64,000 nucleotides of DNA from a virus, in IMG/VR virus record IMGVR_UViG_3300030099_006533; one strand, 5' to 3'. Below, piece by piece: positions 8,230 through 17,323 of the stretch. Position 1 is the stretch's first letter. Each line of letters starts with the position of its first letter. The notes beneath the pieces are model-generated. The model worked only from the letters and a program-made list of their open reading frames with translations, did not search any database and was not told the origin of the DNA. Made by a program: the position numbers and the translations under genes.

Positions 8230-9536
8230 TGAAAAAGAAAGTATTACTTAGAGGGCCGATTCTTACACGGAGCGGCTATGGCGAACAAGCAAGATTTGCA
8301 TATAGGGCCCTAAAAAGTCAGCCTGATAAATTTGATGTATTTGTTGTCCCCACTGGTTGGGGAAAAACCGGATGGATTGTAGATGACTCACCTGAGAGAG
8401 AGGAATTGGATAAGAATATTATCTCTACTTCTGAACATATTAAGCATTGCAATACAGTCGGAACGAACCCGTTCGACATCGCTATTCAGGTCACAATTCC
8501 TCAAGAGTGGGAAAAGCTAGCATCGGTAAATATTGGTTTCACTGCAGGAACAGAGACCACACACATCTCACTTCCGTGGATGCAAAAAGCAAATGAAATC
8601 GACCGCATCATTGCAGTTTCAGAACACACAAAGTCTGGTTTTGTAAATACGGTGTACACCGGTCAAAATGAGTTTGGCCAGGAAGTTCAAGTCAACTGCA
8701 CTACTCCCGTAGATGTTGTAAACTTTCCAGCTAAGACGGAGACTTCTCCTACACCTATTGAGCTAGATGTTGACACAGAATTTAACTTCTTATCAGTAGT
8801 TCAGTGGGGTCCTCGCAAAAATCTTGAAAATACAATTCTTGGATTTATCGAAGAGTTTAGAGACGATGAAAATGTAGGCTTGGTTGTTAAGGCTAACTTC
8901 ATGAGGAATTCATTGGTTGACCGAAATCTCTGTGAAACGAGACTAAAAAAGCTTAAAGAGTCTGCTGGTGAACACAAATGTAAAATTTATTTGCTTCACG
9001 GAAACATGACAGACGAAGAAATGCTTGGCCTTTATACCAATAAGAATATTCATGCGTTTATTAATATTGCTCATGGAGAAGGGTTTGGGCTACCTATCTT
9101 TGAAGCAGCTTATAGCGGATTGCCAATTATTGCACCAAACTGGGGTGGCCAAAAGGACTTCTTGAATGCAAGAGTCACACGAACCTCAAAGCTAAGATCA
9201 GGCAAAAAGAAGTCTAAGACAAAGCATAAGTTTTTAGCAACAGATGTCGAATACAGAATTGCACCAATTCAAAAAGAAGCAGTATGGGAAAACGTGCTTA
9301 TTGAACAGTCAATGTGGTGCTACCCTGTCGCGACATCCTACAGAAAGGCTATGCGTACTGTTTTTAAGAACTATGACCGAGCCATTGGCAAGTCAAAAAC
9401 TCTAAAGGAAATTATCACCACAGAGTTCTCAGAACGCAAGCAAAATGAAAAGTTTGTTAACTCAGTTCTGGAAGCTGCAGCAATTAGTGGCAATGTAGCA
9501 ACTCCTGGCCTGACAGATCAGGTTGTTACCCTATGA
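8229..9536 (+). CDS. Glycosyltransferase, GT4 (GT-B)
   Basis: GP...SGYG, QW..RKN, HGEGFGLPIFEA; TAATG coupling. Confidence 0.92.
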   Translation: MKKKVLLRGPILTRSGYGEQARFAYRALKSQPDKFDVFVVPTGWGKTGWIVDDSPEREELDKNIISTSEHIKHCNTVGTNPFDIAIQVTIPQEWEKLASVNIGFTAGTETTHISLPWMQKANEIDRIIAVSEHTKSGFVNTVYTGQNEFGQEVQVNCTTPVDVVNFPAKTETSPTPIELDVDTEFNFLSVVQWGPRKNLENTILGFIEEFRDDENVGLVVKANFMRNSLVDRNLCETRLKKLKESAGEHKCKIYLLHGNMTDEEMLGLYTNKNIHAFINIAHGEGFGLPIFEAAYSGLPIIAPNWGGQKDFLNARVTRTSKLRSGKKKSKTKHKFLATDVEYRIAPIQKEAVWENVLIEQSMWCYPVATSYRKAMRTVFKNYDRAIGKSKTLKEIITTEFSERKQNEKFVNSVLEAAAISGNVATPGLTDQVVTL

Positions 9537-10771
9537 CAAAGAAGATTCTTTATCAAGGCCAGCTAGGAGACCCATCTGGCTATGCTGTTGCCGGACGCGG
9601 CTACTTGAAATGCCTTTCGGATTATATTGATACGTTAGAAGAGCAGGTTGATTTAAAGCTGTTGTCCATTAGTGCAGATCAAGCTAGCTCTTTAACAGAA
9701 GAAGAGGCTAAGTTTCTTAACCGTTTTACTTTTTCTACTCAAGAAGAATATGATAAATGGGTATCTGATGGAAATTACCATTATGCGTTTCATCACCCTC
9801 CGACGTATGCGGTAAAGATTCCATCAACACGGCCTGCCTCGGCAAAGTCACTTACAACAACTTGCTTGACAGTGTGGGAAACGGATTCTGTTCCAAACAT
9901 CTGGGGTGATATTTTAGAACATCTAGACGTTGATAAGGTCATTGTTCCTTGTGAGTGGAATAAGGAGACGTTTGATTCGTTCTTCGCGTCTAGAGAGGCA
10001 GAGACCCCAGTACAAGTGGTACCACACTTGATTAATGAGACATTTATCGAAAATGACAAAATTGCGGAGGTTGCGGATGTCATTAAGGAAGATGAGTTCA
10101 CCGTATTAACAGTAGGCCAGTGGACAGACAGAAAGGCACTACAAAATGTTATTAAGTCTTTTTACATGGAGTTTAAAGAAACCCCGGAAGCAACTTTGAT
10201 TGTTAAGACATACGGCAATATTCAGGACACCCGCGCCGAGTATCAAGAGTATCAAAAAAATGAAATGCTAAGAGAGATCAAGAAGATCAAAAATTCTATG
10301 CTTACAGAGGATATGAATACTCCAAAATGTAAGCTGCATTTCTTGTATGGGCTTTTTCCAAAAGAGCAGATGAATTATCTTTATAAAGAAAGCAACCTAT
10401 TTGCTCTTCTAAGTAGGGCCGAGGGTTTTGGATTACCAATCGCAGAAGCACTTGCAAACGAAACACCAGTGCTGGTACACAACCAGGGAGGTCACGTCGG
10501 GTTTACAGATTTTGAGTCTAATTTTATAGTAAACTGCTACAAGACTCCTTCTTACTGCACGGTGTTTCCTCTTGTATACACTTGTGACAGCAACTGGTTT
10601 GAAACAGACTATCACTCTGCTAGAGAACAGTTTAGGAATGCTTTCGACGCATGGAAAGATGGGACTCTTTCCTCTCGTGCTACTACGGCCAAAAATTGCA
10701 TGTTTGAAGTTACAGCAGATAGCGTAAAGCTAGGAAAGCTTATCTACGACACAATTGTTCAGGAGCAGTAA
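9533..10771 (+). CDS. Glycosyltransferase, GT4 (GT-B)
   Basis: GQLGDPSGYA, VWETD, QWTDRKA, RAEGFGLPIAEA. Confidence 0.9.
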   Translation: MTKKILYQGQLGDPSGYAVAGRGYLKCLSDYIDTLEEQVDLKLLSISADQASSLTEEEAKFLNRFTFSTQEEYDKWVSDGNYHYAFHHPPTYAVKIPSTRPASAKSLTTTCLTVWETDSVPNIWGDILEHLDVDKVIVPCEWNKETFDSFFASREAETPVQVVPHLINETFIENDKIAEVADVIKEDEFTVLTVGQWTDRKALQNVIKSFYMEFKETPEATLIVKTYGNIQDTRAEYQEYQKNEMLREIKKIKNSMLTEDMNTPKCKLHFLYGLFPKEQMNYLYKESNLFALLSRAEGFGLPIAEALANETPVLVHNQGGHVGFTDFESNFIVNCYKTPSYCTVFPLVYTCDSNWFETDYHSAREQFRNAFDAWKDGTLSSRATTAKNCMFEVTADSVKLGKLIYDTIVQEQ

Positions 10772-11548
10772 ATGCTGCAGCAAACGAGAAGCATCAGGAC
10801 GTCCCTGAATGATATGCAGGACTATAAGCAAAAGATTGATTTTTTGCACAACTGTTATCATCAAAAAGATTGCTTTCTGTTGGCTCCTGGCCCATCTTTG
10901 GGCCATGTAGACCCTAAGCAAGTCAAAGAGAAGGTAGAGGAGCGGAGAGCTGCCGTATTCACTGTAAAGCAGGCATACTTAGAATACAAGAGCATGGCTG
11001 ACTTTCATTTCATCAATGATTGTAATCTGCCAATGATTAACGGATATCCGGGCTATATGTACAGCGCTAAGCGTGGTCCCGTCGTGATTGCGTCTAGTGG
11101 ATACACTGAAGAACATGCCCGCACAAGGTTTGCACCCGCACAACACTGGGACGTGTTTTGTAGGGTTCTAGATCCATTGGTATATCCAAACAATAACCTT
11201 GGGCGACTTTGTGAGAATTATGAGTTTGAGCGCGGCACATTCGACAAGATGATCGAAAGACCGTGTGGGCCAAGCATCACAATGGAAACCGTTATCTATA
11301 TGGCGGTTCATTGTGGGATCAAAAACATCTATGCAATTGGATGGGATTCTGGCTCAAAAGTTGGAGAGCACTTCTACGAAGGTGAAACCCATTTGACAAG
11401 TAATCGTAATTTTGAATACGAAATGGTACAAAAAGGCTCTGGGCCATTGTATAATTGGCTTAAGCAAAGAAATATTAACCTTCGCTTGGTTAGCAAAGTA
11501 AGTGCACTAAGCGATGAAATACCTCGCATCAAATTAAAGGATATCTAA
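10772..11548 (+). CDS. Maf/DUF115 (MptE-like) fold protein, putative nonulosonate transferase
   Basis: FLLAPGPSL, GPSITMETVIYMA..CG.KNIYAIGWD. Confidence 0.7.
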   Translation: MLQQTRSIRTSLNDMQDYKQKIDFLHNCYHQKDCFLLAPGPSLGHVDPKQVKEKVEERRAAVFTVKQAYLEYKSMADFHFINDCNLPMINGYPGYMYSAKRGPVVIASSGYTEEHARTRFAPAQHWDVFCRVLDPLVYPNNNLGRLCENYEFERGTFDKMIERPCGPSITMETVIYMAVHCGIKNIYAIGWDSGSKVGEHFYEGETHLTSNRNFEYEMVQKGSGPLYNWLKQRNINLRLVSKVSALSDEIPRIKLKDI

Positions 11549-12378
11549 TGTCTACATATATTATTGCTGAAATTGGAATTAATCACAATGGCTCACTCGA
11601 CATCGCAAAGCGACTTATCGATATTGCCGCTGTTGCTGGTTGCGATGCTGTAAAGTTTCAAAAGAGAAACCCAGACGTTTGTGTGCCGGAACATCAAAAG
11701 CACACCATGAGAGATACACCATGGGGCAGAATGACTTATCTTGATTACAAGTATCGTGTCGAGTTTGGCAAAGAAGAGTATGATGAGATTGATGCATATT
11801 GCCGTGATAAGGGAATTGCTTGGTCTGCTTCTCCTTGGGATATGGATAGTCTAGAGTTTTTAGGTCAATACGATTTGCCCTTTATTAAGGTGCCGTCTGC
11901 AATGATTACAAATGAAGAGTTGATGCGAGGTTGTGCGCGAACAGGAATGAAGGTGATTTTCTCAGCAGGAATGTCGACGCTTGATGAAACTGATCAGGCC
12001 GTCGAGTGGATGCGACAAGAAGGGGCAGAGTTTGCCCTACTGCACTGCAATTCAACATACCCAGCGCCACTAGAAGATTTGAATTTGCGATGTATTCAAA
12101 CTCTTCGTGAACGTTATGATTGCGAAGTTGGATACAGTGGCCACGAGTTTCGACTGGGCACTACTGTAGCCAGTGTATATCTTGGTGCGAGCATTCTTGA
12201 AAGGCACATTACATTAGACCGAACAATGTGGGGTTCTGACCATTTAGCGTCTGTAGAGCCGCAGGGGCTGATTAAGCTTGTAAAGGGTGTTAGGGAGCTA
12301 GAGGTGGCTCTTGGTGACGGCGTAAAGCGAGTTACTGAAGGTGAACTGCCAGTTCGAAAGAAGTTAAGAGGTGACTAG
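11548..12378 (+). CDS. neuB: NeuB-family nonulosonic (sialic) acid synthase, short form without C-terminal SAF domain
   Basis: IIAEIGINHNG, DAVKFQKR, HCNSTYP, GYSGHE, ERHITLD..MWGSDH; ends at 276 aa. Confidence 0.95.
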   Translation: MSTYIIAEIGINHNGSLDIAKRLIDIAAVAGCDAVKFQKRNPDVCVPEHQKHTMRDTPWGRMTYLDYKYRVEFGKEEYDEIDAYCRDKGIAWSASPWDMDSLEFLGQYDLPFIKVPSAMITNEELMRGCARTGMKVIFSAGMSTLDETDQAVEWMRQEGAEFALLHCNSTYPAPLEDLNLRCIQTLRERYDCEVGYSGHEFRLGTTVASVYLGASILERHITLDRTMWGSDHLASVEPQGLIKLVKGVRELEVALGDGVKRVTEGELPVRKKLRGD

Positions 12379-13093
12379 ATTGCAAGAGTGTTTTGTCCAT
12401 CATAGAGCGACAGTCCCGTTTCCACAGTGGGTGGTGCGGGATGCATCTTTATTGTTTAAAGGCTTTTGCCCAAATGCTGTGGTGAATGAACACATAGCAT
12501 ACAGTGACCGCGACGAATTTAAACAGTATTTGGGAACTACAGTTCTTATTATGGGTGGTGGCCCATCTACATTATCTTTAGATTTACAGCAGGAAGAGTA
12601 CGATTATCTGTGGACTTGCAATCATTTTTTTCGAAATCCTAAGTTGCAAAGTACTAAGGTAGACTTAGCAATGCTGATGGCCGAGGTCGATCCTTCGGAC
12701 GAGAAACTGATACAGTATAGAGAAACATTTCGGCCACTGTTAGGTTTTGAGGTACATGATAAGTGGTTCAATTACGAGTTTGACGATTACGATAAATATT
12801 TTTTTATGCATTCTAACTTTTATGGCCGCTTAGGTATCGGAGTTAGGATGATTCTTTTCGCCTCAGCCATCGGCGCCTCAACAGTTAAGTTTTGTGGTTT
12901 CGATGGGTTTAAGCCAATATATGAAGGAAACCATGCATTTCAACCCGGCAAAACTACGCTGCCATCAAACTTTTCAGAGCAGCAGTACCTTCAGCAGTAT
13001 GACTACTTTTGGCAGTACGCGCAACACTTTAACCCAAATACAAAGTACATCAATTTAGGAGGCGGCAGTGACTTACATAAAAGCATTAGATGA
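12371..13093 (+). CDS. CstII/GT42-like sialyltransferase-fold protein
   Basis: VLIMGGGPS, WTCNHFF, GVRMILFA.AIG...VKFCGFDG resemble the CstII pattern GNGPS/RCNQFY/GVYM...GIDFY (recalled, not aligned). Confidence 0.65.
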   Translation: MTRLQECFVHHRATVPFPQWVVRDASLLFKGFCPNAVVNEHIAYSDRDEFKQYLGTTVLIMGGGPSTLSLDLQQEEYDYLWTCNHFFRNPKLQSTKVDLAMLMAEVDPSDEKLIQYRETFRPLLGFEVHDKWFNYEFDDYDKYFFMHSNFYGRLGIGVRMILFASAIGASTVKFCGFDGFKPIYEGNHAFQPGKTTLPSNFSEQQYLQQYDYFWQYAQHFNPNTKYINLGGGSDLHKSIR

Positions 13094-13760
13094 TGTGGCC
13101 GTAATTATCCAAGCTCGGCTAGGTTCTCAAAGAGTACCCCAAAAGATGATTCGTCCGTTTGCCGATACTACCCTAACAGACATTGCGCTAGAAAAGATTA
13201 AAAAATGTACAAGTTTTCCACAAGAAAACTTTTACTTGTCTGTGCATGAACCTGAATTACTTAAAATTGGTGAAAAGCATAACGTTAATATCTACCGTCG
13301 ATCAGAAAAATCAGCCAAGTCAGAAGGTACGCCTATGACAGATATGTACGAATGGTGGGATAAATTGCCTCATAAATATTGTGTGCTAGTAAACGCCTGT
13401 GCTCCGTTTCTAACTTCAAAAACAATCGACACGTTTGTCAGGACATACTCATACACAGAATCAGATGGAATGTTTGGCGTAATTAGAAAAAAGAATTACT
13501 TTTGGAATTTCAACAAGGATCTGATAACTCCACTAACGGAAGCGGTGATGAATACCAAAACGGTTGCACCAGTGTATGAAGCCGCACATTGTCTCTATGC
13601 CGGTAGACTAGACAGAATTAAAGAAGGAATATGGATGGGAGACTTTAATATTCCCGGTGATATTAAACTGTTTCAAATGGAAGAGCAAGAAGTTTTTGAC
13701 ATTGATTATGAATGGCAATTTACAATGGCTGAAAGTTTATACATGTGGAATAACAAGTGA
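13068..13760 (+). CDS. neuA: CMP-nonulosonate (acylneuraminate) cytidylyltransferase
   Basis: IIQARLGSQRVPQKMIRPF, RRSEKSA, terminal FDIDYEWQF; GGAGG RBS, GTG start. Confidence 0.88.
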   Translation: MTYIKALDDVAVIIQARLGSQRVPQKMIRPFADTTLTDIALEKIKKCTSFPQENFYLSVHEPELLKIGEKHNVNIYRRSEKSAKSEGTPMTDMYEWWDKLPHKYCVLVNACAPFLTSKTIDTFVRTYSYTESDGMFGVIRKKNYFWNFNKDLITPLTEAVMNTKTVAPVYEAAHCLYAGRLDRIKEGIWMGDFNIPGDIKLFQMEEQEVFDIDYEWQFTMAESLYMWNNK

Positions 13761-14893
13761 AAATTTTATTGTTAAATGATACAATCATATCAAAAAATTT
13801 AGGTTGTCAATTAGTGTCTCACATGCTAAGAGACACCTTTAAGCAAGTGTATGATGAGGTTGAAATAACTTTTGTCAACACACTACAAAAGAGTTATCTT
13901 GAGCAGCGCTCAAAGTTTAAAAAAGAATATGATGTGGTTTATGTTAATGGGGAAGGTTCTATGTCCGCCGGCGGCGAATTAAAACTTTACGAAGCTGTAA
14001 AAGCGTCTTTGAAACGAGCCCCTGCAGTGTATCTGTGCAATTTTACGTTCGACCCCAGAGTTCAGTTTCAAAATTTTGTGCGCCGCGGAGAGATATCAAA
14101 ATGGCTTTCTGTGTTTAAACACTGTAAGGCCGTCACTGTGCGAGACCCAATATCATATGAATTTTTAAAGAATGCCGGCGTAAATAATTTGTACCTAGCA
14201 CCAGATATAGGAACAGCTATATATGATTTAAGTGAAAAAAAGCAGAAGAATGTTAGAAAAAGAATTATGTTCGGCGCCGGCTCTTTTACTAAAAGTTCAC
14301 TTTTTAATAGTGAAAAAAATGTTAACAATTTTTCTAAAATTATAAATCATTTTGCTCAAAAAGGATACGAGTGCGACATCCTTGATTGGCCCTCAAATCC
14401 TGTGTCCGATGGACAATTTTTAAGAGGCATTAAAGGACCAAACATATTTCACAAAAAATTAAATTTTCAAGATTATTACGAAAATTGTAAAGACTCACTT
14501 TTAAATGTAACTGGTCGCCATCACGGTAGTGTTATGAGTTATGCTGCTAGTTGCCCCTTTATGACTTATAAAAGTAATATGTGGAAAACAGAAGGAGATT
14601 TAATGTTTTATCAAGGTTCTATGCAAGACTATTGGTTGCAAGCCGACATTAAAAATTTTAACACCGACCAATGGATTGCAAAAATTGAACACAATCTTAA
14701 TAGGTATGAAGAGATATGTGAACAAAATCGTCGCATATTTTCCTTTTTGTCTCAATATCATTTAGATCAAGTAAAGATTGTAAAAGAAAGTATCTACCCG
14801 ATAGCCCAATCAGAAGAACTTTCAAAATGTATGCAGGAAGCAAATAGATATTTGCTAAATTTGACTCAAAACGGAAAAATGCTATCATGGTAA
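13757..14893 (+). CDS. Polysaccharide pyruvyltransferase-family protein
   Basis: NLGCQL, NGEGS, VTVRD..SY..L, APD, GRHHG; noticeably AT-rich. Confidence 0.75.
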   Translation: MKILLLNDTIISKNLGCQLVSHMLRDTFKQVYDEVEITFVNTLQKSYLEQRSKFKKEYDVVYVNGEGSMSAGGELKLYEAVKASLKRAPAVYLCNFTFDPRVQFQNFVRRGEISKWLSVFKHCKAVTVRDPISYEFLKNAGVNNLYLAPDIGTAIYDLSEKKQKNVRKRIMFGAGSFTKSSLFNSEKNVNNFSKIINHFAQKGYECDILDWPSNPVSDGQFLRGIKGPNIFHKKLNFQDYYENCKDSLLNVTGRHHGSVMSYAASCPFMTYKSNMWKTEGDLMFYQGSMQDYWLQADIKNFNTDQWIAKIEHNLNRYEEICEQNRRIFSFLSQYHLDQVKIVKESIYPIAQSEELSKCMQEANRYLLNLTQNGKMLSW

Positions 14894-15792
14894 TTGATTC
14901 AAAACGGTGGGTAACCGATAAAGAGTGTGAGTTTTACTGCGGCCAGCAGAAGGCAATTAATCGTTATAACGCTAAGATTACTGAAAGAAGAGAGAAATAT
15001 AAACAGTTTAATCATGAAGGGCTTGAAAAATACCAAGACGTAATCGATAGCATCAATACAAAAGGATATGCCAAGATTGAAAACTTTTTTGATTTAAAAC
15101 AACTAGATCTTTTGGCAAATGAATTTAGACAAAAACTTAAAACTGGTGAGCACATTAAAAGCGTTCAAGCCGGAAGCCATCTGCAACTTGATCAGCCCTT
15201 TTTAAATTCTGATTATGTCCTTGATATCGCACTGGACGAACGTCTTGTAGACATTGCGACAACTTACTACAGATGTACCCCAGCGCTAGGAACTTGCAAT
15301 CTCAGAAGATCGGACGTAAGATACACTAAAAACAACGGCACAAATAAGTTTCATAGAGACTTCAATAGCCCTGTAAAATTCATAAAGTTTTTTGTGTACT
15401 TAAATGATGTCAACAAAGACAATGGGCCCTTTACTTACGTGAAGGGTTCTAATATCAAGATGCCGCGTAATTGGCAGCTGCAGCATAGATGGGAAGATTC
15501 TCAAATTGTACAAATGTATGGCTCTGAATCAATTGTGCATCTGACAGCAAACTACGGAGATCTGTTAATTGCAACAACAAACGGATTTCACAAGGGTAGC
15601 CAGATTACTAAAGGTACTAGAGACATGCTGACCTTAAATTATGTGATAGCACCAGAGGTCAGAAATCAGAGCGTTGACGAAGAGTCAAAAAGATTTTTAA
15701 TAAGCAAAGAACAATTTAAGTCTCTCGAAGATTGGCAAGTCCCATTAGTAGACTTTTTAAATGTGGAAGGTACAACAAATGAATTACATTGA
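14887..15792 (+). CDS. 2OG-Fe(II) dioxygenase, PhyH family
   Basis: FHRD, IKFFVYLNDV..DNGPF.YVKGS, GDLLI....GFHKG...R. Confidence 0.85.
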   Translation: MVIDSKRWVTDKECEFYCGQQKAINRYNAKITERREKYKQFNHEGLEKYQDVIDSINTKGYAKIENFFDLKQLDLLANEFRQKLKTGEHIKSVQAGSHLQLDQPFLNSDYVLDIALDERLVDIATTYYRCTPALGTCNLRRSDVRYTKNNGTNKFHRDFNSPVKFIKFFVYLNDVNKDNGPFTYVKGSNIKMPRNWQLQHRWEDSQIVQMYGSESIVHLTANYGDLLIATTNGFHKGSQITKGTRDMLTLNYVIAPEVRNQSVDEESKRFLISKEQFKSLEDWQVPLVDFLNVEGTTNELH

Positions 15793-16123
15793 AGAGCGTC
15801 CTTGGGGCAAGTTCGAAAACCTATTGGACACAGACTACTGTAAGGTAAAAAGAATCACAGTAAATCCTGGCCAGCGTCTAAGCTACCAATATCACCACCA
15901 GCGCGGCGAGGTATGGACAGTAGTCAAAGGTGTTGCCAAGGTGACACTAGACGATGCTGAAGGCTGGTACATCGAGGGCGAAGTAATTCAAATTCCAATT
16001 GGTGTACGCCATCGCGTCGAAAACGATACCGAACATGAATTGATTTTTATCGAGGTGCAACACGGAACCTACTTTGGTGAAGACGATATTGTTAGACTAA
16101 GTGACGATTATAACAGAGAATAA
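15779..16123 (+). CDS. Stand-alone cupin, type II mannose-6-phosphate isomerase C-terminal domain-like
   Basis: EERPWG, VKRITVNPGQRLSYQYHHQRGEVW, HRVEN, EVQHG.YFGEDDIVR..DDY. Confidence 0.9.
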   Translation: MNYIEERPWGKFENLLDTDYCKVKRITVNPGQRLSYQYHHQRGEVWTVVKGVAKVTLDDAEGWYIEGEVIQIPIGVRHRVENDTEHELIFIEVQHGTYFGEDDIVRLSDDYNRE

Positions 16124-16125
16124 AT

Positions 16126-16154
16126 TTTAAAAATAAAACAATATCGTTTATAAT
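16126..16154 (+). promoter_or_regulatory. Possible sigma70 promoter
   Basis: TTTAAA, 17 nt, TATAAT (16149-16154), intergenic; weak -35. Confidence 0.45.
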
Positions 16155-16172
16155 GTATTAAAGGAAAATAAT

Positions 16173-16478
16173 ATGATTGTTTTTATTGACATTGATGAGA
16201 CAATTGCTAACACACCTGAAAGCAGAGACTATTCTTTATCTACGCCGATTGTAGAGAATATCCAAAAAGCTAATAAGTATTATGAAAACGGTCACACAGT
16301 GGTTTACTGGACAGCCCGCGGCACGGGTAGTGGAATCGACTGGTATGAAGTAACCAAAAAACAACTTGATGCCTGGGGCGTTAAGTACCATGATTTAAAA
16401 TTGGGAAAACCAATTTATGATTTGTTCATTGACGATAAAGCAATGAATCCCGCACATTGGAAAAAGGAGCAAAAATGA
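16173..16478 (+). CDS. Small capless HAD-family phosphatase (capsule-biosynthesis phosphatase-like)
   Basis: DIDETIA (DxDxT), WTARG, GKP.YDLFIDD. Confidence 0.85.
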   Translation: MIVFIDIDETIANTPESRDYSLSTPIVENIQKANKYYENGHTVVYWTARGTGSGIDWYEVTKKQLDAWGVKYHDLKLGKPIYDLFIDDKAMNPAHWKKEQK

Positions 16479-16705
16479 GCGAAGAAACAAAGAAAAATAT
16501 GACACTCTCAGATCAAGCACTTGGGGCGGTAATGATGGCCCTGCAGAGAAGCTTGTTGGAGCAGAGCGATATTGTTCCCGTACTAAAGGGGATGAAGTTT
16601 AGGCTGTCAGACACTGGCCTAGTAGTTATGAACCCACCGATTGTAAGGGCCTCCTCGCCCGATGTCACAACTACTGAAAGTGATTCAAGTTTTGTGGTAG
16701 AATGA
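16475..16705 (+). CDS. Small hypothetical protein
   Basis: AGGAG RBS and ATGA overlap give start 16475. Confidence 0.75.
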   Translation: MSEETKKNMTLSDQALGAVMMALQRSLLEQSDIVPVLKGMKFRLSDTGLVVMNPPIVRASSPDVTTTESDSSFVVE

Positions 16706-16971
16706 TGCCAAGGTATTCGTATTTATGCGAATCTTGTGAGCAATCATCGGAAGTATTTCATTCAATTAATGAACAAATTAGCGAGTGTCCTCTGTGTCTT
16801 AGCAGCGGATATCTCGTTAAACTTGTTTCTCGTCCACGAATTAACACTGCATCGAAATCCTCCGACACAACAGTCAAAGAACGCGTTGAAGACCACATTG
16901 AGTCTGCTCGAACAGAGCTAGAACAACAGCGCGCAAATTTAAAAAATGAGGATTTTATAAATGACAATTAG
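16702..16971 (+). CDS. FmdB-family zinc-ribbon protein
   Basis: MPRYSYLCESC...ECPLC. Confidence 0.85.
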   Translation: MMPRYSYLCESCEQSSEVFHSINEQISECPLCLSSGYLVKLVSRPRINTASKSSDTTVKERVEDHIESARTELEQQRANLKNEDFINDN

Positions 16972-17323
16972 CCTATCTGTCCAAGCGGCCGTAATATTAG
17001 GTGTAATTTTACTAGCATCTTTAGCAATAAATGGATTGCTAATTTATTATACGCGCATTTCTTTAGTTAAGTTCGCATCAGTATCTGAAGGAATTGGCTC
17101 GCTCAAAGATTCTATTACTGCGTTTGCGGTGCATTTAAAATATGTTTATGAACTAGAAATGTACTATGGAGACGAAACGCTGCAAGCGCTGATTGATCAT
17201 GCAAGAGATTTGTCTGCTTCATTTGACGAATATGAAGAGTTCTATGACTTGTTTGATTTACCAGCACAAGACGATGTAGAAGAGATGGAGGAGCCCGAAG
17301 ATGGCACGCAGACGCAGGAGTAA
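16961..17323 (+). CDS. Membrane-anchored hypothetical protein
   Basis: N-terminal hydrophobic helix, acidic tail. Confidence 0.75.
   Translation: MTISLSVQAAVILGVILLASLAINGLLIYYTRISLVKFASVSEGIGSLKDSITAFAVHLKYVYELEMYYGDETLQALIDHARDLSASFDEYEEFYDLFDLPAQDDVEEMEEPEDGTQTQE

Noticed and set aside
14887-15792. Dioxygenase as a TET/JBP DNA-modifying enzyme
   Set aside because: Its motifs fit the PhyH family common in polysaccharide loci. DNA modification is kept only as an alternative hypothesis.
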